Part shown: in pieces, positions 1 through 11,649 of the stretch
Layout: each line of letters starts with the position of its first letter
Numbering within the stretch: position 1 is the stretch's first letter
Source: Octopus sinensis
Taxonomy: Eukaryota
Reading direction: 5' to 3'
Assembly: GCF_006345805.1 (NCBI RefSeq)
Contig: NC_043004.1
Span: 51,832,001 to 51,896,000 of the forward strand
Length of the DNA stretch: 64,000 nucleotides
Position numbers and translations under genes: made by a program
The notes under the pieces: model-generated
What the model saw: the letters and a program-made list of their open reading frames with translations, nothing else
Told to the model about the DNA's origin: nothing
Databases searched by the model: none

Positions 1-115
1 AGGCTTTGGTTGGCCCGAGGCTATAGTACAAGACACTTGCCCAAGGTGCCACGTAGTGAGACTGAACCCGGAACCATGTGGTTTGTAAGCAAGCTACTTA
101 CCACACAACCACTCC
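1..115 (-). mobile_element. SINE family 1 (tRNA-derived, CORE-like), 5' head, cut by window edge
   Basis: Reverse complement reads GGAGTGGTTGTGTGGTAAG...GGTTCAGTC...CCTTGGGCAAGTGTC, the same head as the full-length copies at 6791 and 17314. Confidence 0.9.
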
Positions 116-117
116 AA

Positions 118-148
<31 letters not shown>

Positions 149-629
149 TGACATTACAACCAGCCAGGCAAAGTCTCCGCTACATTTGCGGCACCAGCCA
201 GAGGGAGTGTTTGTCCAGGATAGGACTACACAGCCACAGCAGGAAATGTATTGGGACATGAAATGTAAAAGCCGGACTAGACTACTTTATGCGCAACTCC
301 ATTGTCTCCCGAGACAAAAAGGATACCAACAACAATATATATGTATACACATATATATATACACATACAACATGTACATGCGTACGTACGCACACATACA
401 CACACAGAGAAGATATGAGGAGTTTAGGTCAAGATAACCCAGCGTTCTGATGATCCAAAAACCAGGATATCACAGAAATAGCTATCAGAGACTATCTCTA
501 CTATCTTTACCAGTTTTGTATTACTATACTATTTTTAGATTGAATTAAATAAATTTAAGTGCCATAGTCCCACCACGACTAATTGTTTGCCTTCCTCAAT
601 ACTTCAACTATGTATCTATCTATCTCTCT

Positions 630-674
630 CTATATATATATATGAATGTGTATATATATGTGTGTGTATATATA

Positions 675-708
<34 letters not shown>

Positions 709-773
709 ATGTGTGTATATATATGTGTATATATATGTGTGTGTATATGTGTATAATGTGTGTATGTATATAT

Positions 774-808
<35 letters not shown>
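630..808. repeat. (TA)n/(TG)n microsatellite
   Basis: Direct inspection. Confidence 0.95.
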
Positions 809-1090
809 ACATTATGGTGATTGAAGAAATGGAGCTGAACGCAGATTGAACAGAAATCGTTTTATTTCATTCTACACGTGTTTCGAAAGGCACAAATTAC
901 CAAATCCGATTGAATAATGGACCATATTGTGTTTCTCTTCAGAAGAAAAAAAGGAAATCCGTTGGAAAAACAAAAACAGAACAGAGGCGGAGCAAAAACA
1001 AATCGAACTGTGCTCCTAGAGCCCATGGCGAAACTAAGGTATCGGTTAAACTTTTGATTAATCTACTACAAGATATTCATCTTTCTATTT
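809..1090 (-). mobile_element. Penelope-like solo pLTR or retrozyme-like element carrying a type I hammerhead-like motif
   Basis: Minus strand: CTGAAGA (942-936), stem II GAAA..CACAA / TTGTG..TTTC, GAAA (884-881), palindromic stem III ACACGTGT, GUA triplet (875-873), AATAAA at 866-861. Flanked on both sides by (TA)n. Stem I is weak. Confidence 0.55.
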
Positions 1091-1092
1091 AC

Positions 1093-1166
<74 letters not shown>

Positions 1167-1779
1167 TATATATGTGTATATATATGTGTATATATGTGTG
1201 TATGTATATATATATATATATGTGTATATATGTGTGTATGTATATACATATATATATATGCATAATATACATATATATATGCATATATTATCATATATAT
1301 ATGCATATATATACATATATACATATGTAATATCTGCATTATACATGCATATATATACATATATATGTATGTATATATATACATATATATATGCATATAT
1401 ACATGCATATATATACATACATATATATGTATATATATATCATATATATGTATATATATACATATATGTTATATATACATATATATATGTATATATATAT
1501 ACATATATATAGTGTATATAATACATATATATATGTATATATATATACATCGATATACATATATATGTATATATATACATATATATGTATATATATACAT
1601 ATAATATGTATATATATACATTATATATGTATATAATACCATATATATATGATATATATATACATATCTATATATACATATATATATATACATATATATA
1701 TATACATATATATATATACATATATATAGATAATATATAATATATACATATATATATATACATATATATATATATACAT

Positions 1780-1827
<48 letters not shown>

Positions 1828-1975
1828 CTATATATATATACATATATATATATACATATATATATATATACATATATATACATATATATTATATAAATAT
1901 ATATATATACATATATTATATGTATAATATACATATATATATGTATATATATATGTATATGTAATATAAATATAT
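1091..1975. repeat. Long compound (TA)n/(TACA)n microsatellite array
   Basis: Direct inspection; source of the YIYI ORFs. Confidence 0.97.
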
Positions 1976-2149
1976 AAGGACACAGGGAAAAATGTGTCAA
2001 AGCCATAGGAGGCGTTCGATGCTTCCTAGGGCATACAGCGGTGGTGTACCCCCTACTGTCACGTTCTTGTTAGATTGACAGTATACAACCATTCTATGCC
2101 CCACCCCGTACATGTCTCTACGAGAGATTTAGAAATTCAATATTTCTTA

Positions 2150-2300
2150 TATATATATTAAATATATATATATATGTATGTATATATATAGCTATATATA
2201 TATATATATACATATACACATATATATATGTATATGTATGTATGTGTGTATATATATATATATATATACATATACACATATATATATGTATATGTATGTA

Positions 2301-2342
<42 letters not shown>

Positions 2343-2452
2343 CATGTGTATTATATATATATAATATATAGTATGTATGATATATATATAATATGTATGT
2401 ATAATATCAGCTATATATATATATATATATATATACACATACATATATATTT
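2150..2452. repeat. (TA)n/(TATG)n microsatellite array
   Basis: Direct inspection. Confidence 0.95.
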
Positions 2453-2639
2453 TCTTCACCATCTATTCTCTCCTCGTTTTCCCATTGGGGTAGCCATGTA
2501 TCTCCTCTACAGGAAGACACCTGTTTCTATCTCTCTATCATGCTACCTCTCATCACCTGGTACAAAGCCACCTCCCACAGTACTTCTCCTTGCTCTCACC
2601 GAGAGTCTTGTCTTGCAAATTACTTCACTACTTAGTGCT

Positions 2640-2813
2640 AGTGCCACGTAAAAAGCATCCAGTATGCTGTGTACAGTGGTTGGCATAAAGAAGGGTATCT
2701 GACTGTAGAAACTATGCCAAACCGGACAGAGTTTGGCACAGCTCTCTGGCTCACCAGCTCCTGTCAAACCACCCAACCCATGCCAGCATAGAAAGTGGAT
2801 GTTAAAAGATGAT
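2640..2813 (+). mobile_element. RTE-tail short element, (TGA)n-tailed, diverged
   Basis: GTGCCACGTAAAAAGCA...GTGGTTGGC..AAGAAGGG..CTGTAGAAAC...CCAACCCATGC..GTTAAAAGATGAT matches 18929-19080. The (TGA)n tail resumes after the SINE, at about 3203. Confidence 0.8.
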
Positions 2814-3202
2814 GTGGCTTTGTGGTAAGTAGCTTGCTAACCAACCACATGGTTCCGGGTTCAGTCCTACTGCGTGGCATCTTGGGCAAGTGTCTTCTGC
2901 TACAGCCCCGGGCGAACCAATGCCTTGTGAGTGGATCTGGTAGACGGAAACTGAAAGAAGCCTGTCGTATATATGTATATATATATATATGTATGTGTGT
3001 ATGTGTTTGTGTGTCTGTCTTTGTCCCCCTAGCATTGCTTGACTACCGATGCTGGTGTGTTTACGTCCCCGTTACTTAGCGGTTCAGCAAAAGAGACTGA
3101 TAGAATAAGTACTGGGCTTACAAAGAATAAGTCCTGGGGTCGATTTGCTCGACCAAAGGCGGTGCTCCAGCATGGCCACAGTCAAATGACTGAAACAAGA
3201 GT
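2814..3202 (+). mobile_element. SINE family 1, near full length, inserted in a (TGA)n tail
   Basis: tRNA-like head, CCTTGGGCAAGT CORE-like motif, internal (TA)(TG) tract, tail ...GTCAAATGACTGAAACAAG. Confidence 0.92.
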
Positions 3203-3368
3203 ATGATGATGATGATGATAGAAAGATCCCCGTGAGTCCATATATATATTCTGAGTGAATGGTATAACAGTAAGCATGTGAATGTATGAGAATCCGCATA
3301 CATGCAAGTCTTTGTAGAAGCGTGTTAAGAGCGTATTTATGTTACAGTGCATGTGCGATTGTGTATAT

Positions 3369-3570
3369 CAGTGGGTTTTCAACCAGGGTTCCGCCAGTAC
3401 AGTCCAGGGGTTCCGCAAGAAGTTACAAAACTGCTAAAATCAGCAGTAATTTTTAATTCTCCTGTGCAGATATGTGTGCAAAAGACTATTAAATTATTGC
3501 ACAGGGGTTCCTCGAGCCAGTGGAATGTTTCCTTGGGGTTCCGCTCCAGCAAAAATGTTGAAAAGCACTG
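3369..3570. mobile_element. hAT-type MITE
   Basis: TIRs CAGTGGGTTTTCAAC / GTTGAAAAGCACTG; perfect 8-bp TSD GTGTATAT (3361-3368, 3571-3578). Confidence 0.9.
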
Positions 3571-4430
3571 GTGTATATATTAGCATGATGGGCAGTGGTG
3601 GGGAGAGGTTCATGTGTGTTTGGGGGGTGAATGAACAGATTTTGGTGTTCAAAATTAATTTCCGTGACACTATCACCAGCACCACCACATTTTGATATGT
3701 CAACAGTGTTTCAGGATCCAGGCTAAGGCTATATACATAGAGGGGAGGGGAAATGATAGAGACTTCTAGTGATAAAGAAATTCCACAGAATTCTGTATGA
3801 GGTCTGGTGGAGGAGACAGAGAGAGGGGGGAGGAGGAGGAAGAAGTAGTGAGACAGAGTCAGTATTACATTTCAAAGTGATTTGCTTGGCATCAGAGTTG
3901 AAAGGAGCCTAAAAATCACATCTTGTTCCTCTTCCTCTGCAACAGGCAACCCCCTTCCCCATACCACAATCAATGCTCTGCATTATTCTCCCCAACTCCT
4001 TAAAATGGGGAGAAATACCAAGAACTACCCAACCCACCATTTTATTACTACCTGAGCAGGTACTGAGGAATTACTACTTAGAGAAAATTCTAGAAGAAGT
4101 ATTTTAGTTATTTATTTATTTATTTAATTTTTTTCTTTTCAAGAGGTTGTCATGTACTGGATAGATTGGGATTGGCATAATTGACTATTTCTACTAGCAA
4201 CTATAATGACTATTGTTATTACATAGTTGGTTAACGGAAATGGTAATGACCACGCATGCACACACGCACACATACACAAAGCTATAGATACAAACATGTA
4301 CACACATACCCATAGATATACATACACATAAACACACAGTGACATAACGAGCAGAAGTAGTATCCTAGACATCCTAAATTCATTGCAGTTTTTACTCTAG
4401 TTTGTAATTTCAAATACATACTCACTCTCA

Positions 4431-4484
<54 letters not shown>

Positions 4485-4519
4485 AAATAGAAAGATGAAT
4501 TTTCTTGTAACAGATTATT

Positions 4520-4877
4520 CATGCTGGAGCACCGCCTTTAGTCGAGCATATCGACCCCGGGACTTATTCTTTGTAAGCCCAGTACTTATTCTATCGGTCT
4601 CTTTTGCCAAACCGCTAAGTGACGGAGACGTAAACACACCAGCATCGGTAGTCAAGCAATGCTAGGGGGACAAACACAGACACACTAACACATACATATA
4701 TATATATATATACGACAGGCTTCTTTCAGTTTCCGTCTACCAAATCCACTCACAAGGCATTGGTCGGCCCGGGGCTATAGCAGAAGACACTTGCCCAAGA
4801 TGCCACGCAGTGGGACTGAACCCAGAAACATGTGGCTGGTTAGCAAGCTACTTACCACACAGCCACTCCTGCGCCTA
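4520..4877 (-). mobile_element. SINE family 1
   Basis: Reverse complement of the family 1 consensus seen elsewhere in the window. Confidence 0.92.
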
Positions 4878-5115
4878 TATATATATATATATATCATAGT
4901 TAAAGCAGATACATAGCTGAAAGCCTGAAAACTGGTAATCATGTTGAGAAAACATCTTTTGTAGTGTTGAAAAACAGAGAAATACATATATATATATATA
5001 TATATATATAAAGCCTATGCCACCATGGAAAATGAATGTTGTAACATCTCATATAAATGAATTACTGTGATAATTGTTTTCCATCTTTTCTCCCTCCCCC
5101 TGCCACCTCTCTCTC

Positions 5116-5150
<35 letters not shown>

Positions 5151-5329
5151 CATCATCATTTAATGTCGTCCTTTGTGCATTTGAACTTATCAAAGTATGA
5201 TAATTGCCAATGCACAAAACTCTTGGACCTTGAGTCACTGTCACTTCTACTAAATAATAAAAATTTACATATACTCATATTTTGAGTTCTATTTTTCCTG
5301 TTTGCATCAACATACTTGTGTGTATGTGT

Positions 5330-5376
<47 letters not shown>

Positions 5377-5414
5377 CACACACACACACACATACATACA
5401 CACGTCATTTCAGC

Positions 5415-5785
5415 TATTTACTTATTTCAGTCATTTGACTGCGGCCATGCTGGAGCACCGCCTTCAGTCGAATAAATCAACCCCAGGATTTGTGAGCCTA
5501 GTACTTACTCTATTGGTCTCTTTTGCCGAACTACTAAGTTATGATGTTGGTGTGTTTACGTCTGCATATGTCAAGTGATGGTGGGGAGACAAGCACAGAC
5601 ACACACAAATATATATATACACACAAGCTTCTTTCAGTTTCAGCCTACCAAATCCATTCACAAGGCTTTAGTCAGCCTGAGGCTATAGTAGAAGACACTT
5701 GCCCAAGGTACCATGCAGTGGAACTGAACCCGGAACCATGTGGCTGGGAAGCAAACTTCTTGCCACACAGTCACGCTATGCCCAT
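5415..5785 (-). mobile_element. SINE family 1, diverged
   Basis: Tail TTTCAGTCATTTGACTGCGGCCATGCTGGAGCACCGCC and head both recognisable. Confidence 0.85.
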
Positions 5786-6002
5786 GTATAAAAAAACACA
5801 CGTGTGTAGGGGCCTGATGGTCGGCTGGCCTGCATTCTACTCAGTACAACTCCTTCATGTTAATGAAATGCTTCTTGTAGCTAAATCTGTAGTATATTAT
5901 TGGCACAAGAAATTATAAACTATGGAAGCAAAACCTGGACTCAAAAGCAAATCTAGCAGGCCGTAGACTTATAGCAAGTAAGGACATAAGACAGAGCTCT
6001 CT

Positions 6003-6333
6003 CTCTTTACTCTTTTACTTGTTTCAGTCATTTGACTGTGGCCATGCTAGAGCACCGCCTTTAGTCGAGCAAAGTTACGGGGACGTAAACACACCAGCAT
6101 CGGTTGTCAAGCAATGCTAGGGAGACAAACACAGACACACAAACACATATATATATATACATATATACGACAGACTTCTTTCAGTTTCAGTCTACCAAAT
6201 CCACTCACAAGGCATTGGTTGGCCCGGGGCTATAGCAGAAGACACTTGCCCAAGATGCCACGCAGTGGGACTGAACCCGGAACCATGTGGTTCGTTAGCA
6301 AGCTACTTACCACACAGCCACTCCTGCGCCTAT
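6003..6333 (-). mobile_element. SINE family 1 with internal deletion
   Basis: Both ends intact; the segment between GTCGAGCAA and AGTTACGGGGAC is missing relative to other copies. Confidence 0.9.
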
Positions 6334-6344
6334 TAATACCATCT

Positions 6345-7245
6345 AGGAAATGACCATGCTTTATATACTCAGAAAGGAATTAGATTGAAATTTACATCTG
6401 TAGACATACAAGAGGTGTAGTGGGATCATAATTAGGGTATAATGAAGGAGATAGACTTCTTATCAACAGCCATATGATAAGCACCAACAGCAAAGCAAAC
6501 AGGAATTAGATTATCTTGAATGTCTGGAAGGCTCTCTTAAGTAGTTGATAGTTTTATTACTTATATGACCTAATTAGCAATGAGGGTAAGTGTTCCTGAA
6601 AGCATACTAATATGAGTATGTAAGAACTGGGTTGAAATAGTTTAAGGAGCTCATACAGTTTCTCCATCAGAGTGAAGAGCAGACTGGATGATGCTTGAGT
6701 CAGAAGTGTGATACTCCATGACAGTGAGACCTGGGTTTTGAATGCAGAGCATTTGTGAAGATTAGCAAGAAATGAAGAGAAATGAAGAAATAGGCGCAGG
6801 AGTGGCTGTGTGGTAAGTAGCTTGTTTACCAACCACATGGTTCCGGGTTCAGTCCCACTGCGTGGCACCTTGGGCTAGTGTCTTCTACTATCGCCTCGGG
6901 CTGACCAAAGTCTTGTGAGTGGATTTAGTAGACGGAAACTGAAAGAAGCCCGTCGTATATATGTATATATATATATGTGTGTGTGTGTGTGTTTTGTGTG
7001 TCTGTGTTTGTCCCCCTAGCATTGCTTGACAACCGATGCTGGTATGTTTATGTCCCTGTTACTTAGCAGTTTGGCAAAAGAGACCGATAGAATAAGTACT
7101 GGGCTTACAAAAGAATAAGTCCCGGGGTCGAGTTGCTCGATTAAGGGCGGTGCTCCAGCATGGCCGCAGTCAAATGACTGAAACAAGTAAAAGAGAAAGA
7201 GAAAGAGAGTATTCTCTACTGTATGTATAATATTAGAGTGTATAA
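6345..7245 (+). pseudogene. Degraded RTE-clade LINE ORF fragment (reverse transcriptase C-terminal region), interrupted by a SINE
   Basis: Conceptual translation across stops and frameshifts gives TYKRCSGI, VVDSFYYL, VRTG..FKEL, SIRVKSRLDDA*VRSVILHDSETW...RLARNE, then SILYCMYN after the SINE. This resembles the RTE motifs VxxFxYLG and LxYGxETW. Confidence 0.75.
6791..7209 (+). mobile_element. SINE family 1, full length, young
   Basis: TAGGCGCAGGAGTGGCTGTGTGG head to GAAACAAGTAAAAGAG tail. Confidence 0.95.
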
Positions 7246-8329
7246 AAAAAAAGGTAGTGAGCTGGCAGAATCGTTAGCATACAGGGCAAAATGCTTAGTA
7301 GTATTTCATTCGTCTTTACGTTTAAATTCTGCTAGGATCAACTTTGCCTTCCATCCTTTTGGGGGTCGATAAAAATAAATTCCAGTTGACCAGAAAACAT
7401 CATCAAGCATTCTATCCAACACCTTTATGACTCTGATACCCCAGAAGAGCTGTGCAATATTTAAGTGCCATAATCTTGGATATGGGGAAAATAGCAAGGA
7501 TCTGCATAGACAACAAAAGAAAGAATTTAAGTGTTAAGTAAAATGCCTGACATTTTTCATAAGATAGCTGGCAAACTTTAAAAATAAAATAAGGCCGAAG
7601 TGATTTAAAGTTAGGTGAGAAAGTAAGAATATGAGGAGGCAGTTGAAGTAAGAGATATAAGGAGTGAGATGTGGAGATGAGAGAAAAGTTTTGAAAGAGA
7701 GAGAGAGAAGTGATTGATGTCAGAATTTAATTGTACTTCTTACTGACCTGTATTATTACAAGTCAATACCACATTTTAGGGCCTCCTTTGGTGACTGACA
7801 ACCTGGTACTTGCAGGCTTGGGTAAGACTTTTCTGAGGAATGATATATGTAAGTTTCTCATCTCCATGCCACTGATCTTTGTCCCAGGCAAATGCTGCCA
7901 ACTTGGACAAGCACCAGTGGTGCCAGTGTTGAAGATATGGATGTTAGACCACAAAGGAGGCCAGAACAGACACAAGGTATCTTGCTTGATTCTCTAACAA
8001 CCCTGCCAATGTACCAGCCTATCCATGATTGGCATATTTTTATTTTTGCCTTTCAACCTTTCGGAGTTTATAAAACTCCGAAAGGTTGAAAGGCAAAGTT
8101 TACTTTGGTTGGATTTGAACTCAAGATGAAGAGAGTTAGAAAAAACATCAAGCATTCTATCCAACACTCTTATGACTGATACCCCAGACGAGTTGTATCC
8201 TCCACAGTCTCACCTGTTTATACTCCCTGTATTGTTAGGACTCTTGGACCAACCATGCTATAAAACTGAGCAATGCAAACTGCTATCACTCCCAATTTAA
8301 CATCCATTTTCCCATGACTGCAGACTTTT

Positions 8330-8690
8330 AGTCAGAATTTCTATGGTTGGCTGCCTTTCTTCTTGCTAACCTTTTCCTGTTTCCAAGCAAACTAATATCT
8401 TCCCAACATTGGTCAGGTTTTCATGGAAGACTGGAAATCAATGACACTATCTAGATAACAGCAACACCAGCTTACAACTATCATGTGATACCAAGACAAA
8501 AATGTGTGAGCGCACACACACAAATATAGGTTTCTTCCAATTACCATCAGCCAAATACATTCACAAGGCTTTGGTTGCTCTGGGGGCTATAATAGAAGAT
8601 AAATGCCCAAGAAGCCATGCAGTTTGGCTGAACATGAAACCACATGGTTGAGAAACGAACTTCTTGACCACACAGCCATGCCTGCATCTA
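8330..8690 (-). mobile_element. Chimeric SINE: family 1 head and CORE joined to an alternative RTE-type 3' body
   Basis: Head at 8560-8690 matches family 1; body at 8330-8520 matches 9020-9280, 17095-17280 and 32480-32640. Confidence 0.7.
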
Positions 8691-8854
8691 TAAAATTTAC
8701 AGAGTCCCATGTTGTTAAGTGATTAGTGACCGGGAAGGTATCCAGTCATAAACAACTGAAAGTTAAAAGAACATGGCATGTACAACAGGTTTCTACATTG
8801 TTATCCGTATTATTAAAAGACAAAGAAGGACTGTGACAAGTAGAGAAATCATTA

Positions 8855-8995
8855 TTCAGTTCTATATTTGAGAGATGAGGAATTATGTACATTATTTACA
8901 TTTGATGAATATTTGTACTCATCTTGTTTGTTGTTAACACGTTTCAGCTGATATACTCTCCAGGTGTCTTGGGGGAAATATCGATCCTGGGTCAA
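8855..8995 (-). mobile_element. Penelope-like pLTR remnant with a deleted hammerhead core
   Basis: Minus strand GACAC-CTG-GAGAGTATAT-CAG-CT-GAAAC-GTGTT keeps the stem I complement, part of stem II and GAAAC, but lacks the intact CTGANGA. Family assignment is from memory. Confidence 0.45.
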
Positions 8996-9019
8996 ATGTA
9001 AATATTGCAAATAATGATC

Positions 9020-10145
9020 ATCATTACTGTCATTTATTATTTACTTTGCCAAGTTGGCATGGGTCAGATAAAGTTTATTTGAAGCAGATTTTCTACAACC
9101 AGATGCCTTACATGCCGTCAATCCTCACCCATTTCTGAGCAAAATAAAATTACCCCATAGCCAGACACATTCACGCTGAATATAGGAAAGGAAAGACCTT
9201 GCTTGTATGACAGTAATATCCATTTATAACTATCATCATGTGATGCTAAGACAAAGAGACAACCACATAAATATTATATATATGTATACACACATATATA
9301 TACACACATATATATATATTACACACACACATATATATATATATACACACACACATATATATATATATACACACACATATATTATATATACACACACATA
9401 TATATACACACACACATATATATATATATACACACCACACATATATATATATACACACACATATATATACACACATATATATATATACACACACACATAT
9501 ATATATATATATATACACACACATATATATATATACACACACACACATATATATATATATATACACACACACACATATATATATACACACACACACATAT
9601 ATATATACACACACACAATATATATATATATACACACACCACACACATATATATATATACACACACACACACACATAATATATATATATATACACACACA
9701 CATATATATATATATAATATATATACACATGGGGACGTTGAAAAGTTCCTAGTTTTATAGGTTTTGCAAAAGGCCTAGTTGGAGGCCCAACTTTCTAATT
9801 TCTTTTACAAGGCTTAGAAAAACTGAAGGACTGTTGCAGTGTGTGAATCTGAGAGGAGAATATGTTGAATAAAATCATAGTTAATTGATCTTCCTGTATT
9901 TTCTTTTATCTAAAACAAGCAACTTTCCAGTACCTCTTGTGTATGTATGTATGCATGTATGTATATATATGTATATACACACACACCACAGGCTTCTTTA
10001 AGTTTCCAACTATTGAATCCACTTGCAAGGTTTTGGTCAGCCTTGGGCTACAGTAGAAAACACTTGTCCAAGGTGCTACATAGTGGGACTGAACCTGGAA
10101 CCATGTGGTTGGGAAGCAAACTTCTTACTACTCAGCCACACCTGT
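9020..10145 (-). mobile_element. Chimeric SINE (family 1 head plus RTE-type tail) with a greatly expanded internal microsatellite and a nested MITE
   Basis: Tail/body 9020-9280, (TA)(CA) array 9280-9725, MITE 9726-9940, head 9990-10145. Confidence 0.7.
9726..9940 (+). mobile_element. Mariner-derived MITE or deletion derivative
   Basis: Ends GGGGACGTTGAAAAGTTCCT / AGCAACTTTCCAGTACCTCTTGT. The internal segment translates FLQGLEKLKDCCS..CVNLRGEYVE*, like the mariner transposase C-terminus. Confidence 0.7.
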
Positions 10146-10590
10146 ACTTGTCTCAAAAACGGATATAAAATGACAATAATTGTTGCAAAGAATTTTGTTA
10201 TATGATCAAAACAAAAACTGGGAGCACATCTATACACATGTATTATTAAGTGTGTGTGTGTGCAAGGATGTGATGACTACGATAATACCAACCATGCAGT
10301 AGCAATTTCATGTGTAATGTTTTCCATGGACCTACGCCCTTAATAAAACTCCCCCTCCTGCCCTCATCATACTTGCCAAACTGACTTGATGTTAAAGACT
10401 GCTTTTAGGTCATTAATGATAGCAATTTGAGACTGTGTTGTGATAATAAAGAGATTTTTAGCTTAAATACACTAATTTGGCATTAAGGAAGGAGATAATA
10501 AAAATCATTTTGGCATAAAATAGAGCTTTTTTAACTTTTTCACACACATACACACACACACAGAGGCCTTCATTTATGTTAAATGCTCAC

Positions 10591-10692
10591 AAAGACAATT
10601 AATCCATCGTAGATGCATTTGAATGACATTTCTGACAAACTGTTGTTAATACTTCCCTCCTCAAGAATTCTTTTAACCCTAGGCAAGACCTC
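10591..10692 (-). CDS. Candidate internal coding exon (EVLPRVKRILEEGSINNSLSEMSFKCIYDGLIVF), product unknown
   Basis: Acceptor TTCCACTTTCTCTCACCAG, donor TTT|GTGAGC, 102 nt, phase 0-0, open frame, non-repetitive sequence. No homology recognised. Confidence 0.45.
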
Positions 10693-11649
10693 CTGGTGAG
10701 AGAAAGTGGAATAGTTATTGTTGAAAGAACATGAAAACACTGCAAGTGAGAAATTGAGCTTCAAACTGCTTCTATTTTGTTTAGACCAGACACATAACGA
10801 AGCGGTCATTACTGATTCCTAGGGGTCAACGTGGCTATCCAAGGGGTTGATAAACACCTAAAACAATTTTGAATGTTAAGGGTGCTGCATTATTAGCAAA
10901 CTGAATCTGGAAGAGCACAGACATTTAAGAGTAAAACTCACTAATTTCCAGACATAGTATTCACCAAATGACTGAACTTTTACTGTTCTTTATTTCATTT
11001 TCATTAAGTGCAGGCATAGTTGTGTGGTGAGAAATTTGTTTCCCAGCCACATGGTTCCAGTTTCACTCCTGCTGCGTGGAAGCTAGGGCTAATGTCTTCT
11101 ACTATAGCCACAGACTGACCATACCCTAGTAAGTGAATTTCATAGATAGAAACTTGAAGCCCATCACACACACAAACGGGATTTGAAAATTTTTTGGTAT
11201 TATTTATTCACCATATGAATAAGTAATGCTAAAAATTTTTCCAATTTCCTGTTTTGATATATAACAACTCTGCAAAAATATTTTCCAGTATTTTCAACTC
11301 TTACGCATACATGAAACAAATATAACATCTACAAGCAGGTTTGGAATTCTGCAAGAGGCAGATGTGCTTCAAGGACACAGATTGGATTTTAACCCTATCT
11401 ACATGATACACACACACACACAAGTATGTATCTATGTGTGTGTTTACTCCCCACCACGATTTGACAACTAGTGTTAGCTTGTATATGTTCCTCTAACTTA
11501 GCAAAAGAGATTGATAGAATAAACACCAGGTTTTAATAAAATAAGCCCTGGGGTTGCTTTGTTTAATTAAAACCCTTCAAGGTGGTGCTCCAGCATTGCT
11601 GCAGTCCAATGGCTGACACAAGATAAAAAGAGGTAATATTTATCCCCAC

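Noticed and set aside
447-480. CTGATGA hammerhead core candidates (also at about 14676 and 43965)
   Set aside because: No GAAA directly after a closing stem II, and no stem III with an NUH triplet
630-2651. Many long ORFs rich in Y, I, M, C, H, T (also at 9207-9752 and elsewhere)
   Set aside because: Translations of (TA)n/(CA)n microsatellites, which lack stop codons in most frames
4140-4185. MYWIDW as a YWTD-type repeat exon
   Set aside because: The frame stops after 13 codons and there is no supporting neighbouring exon
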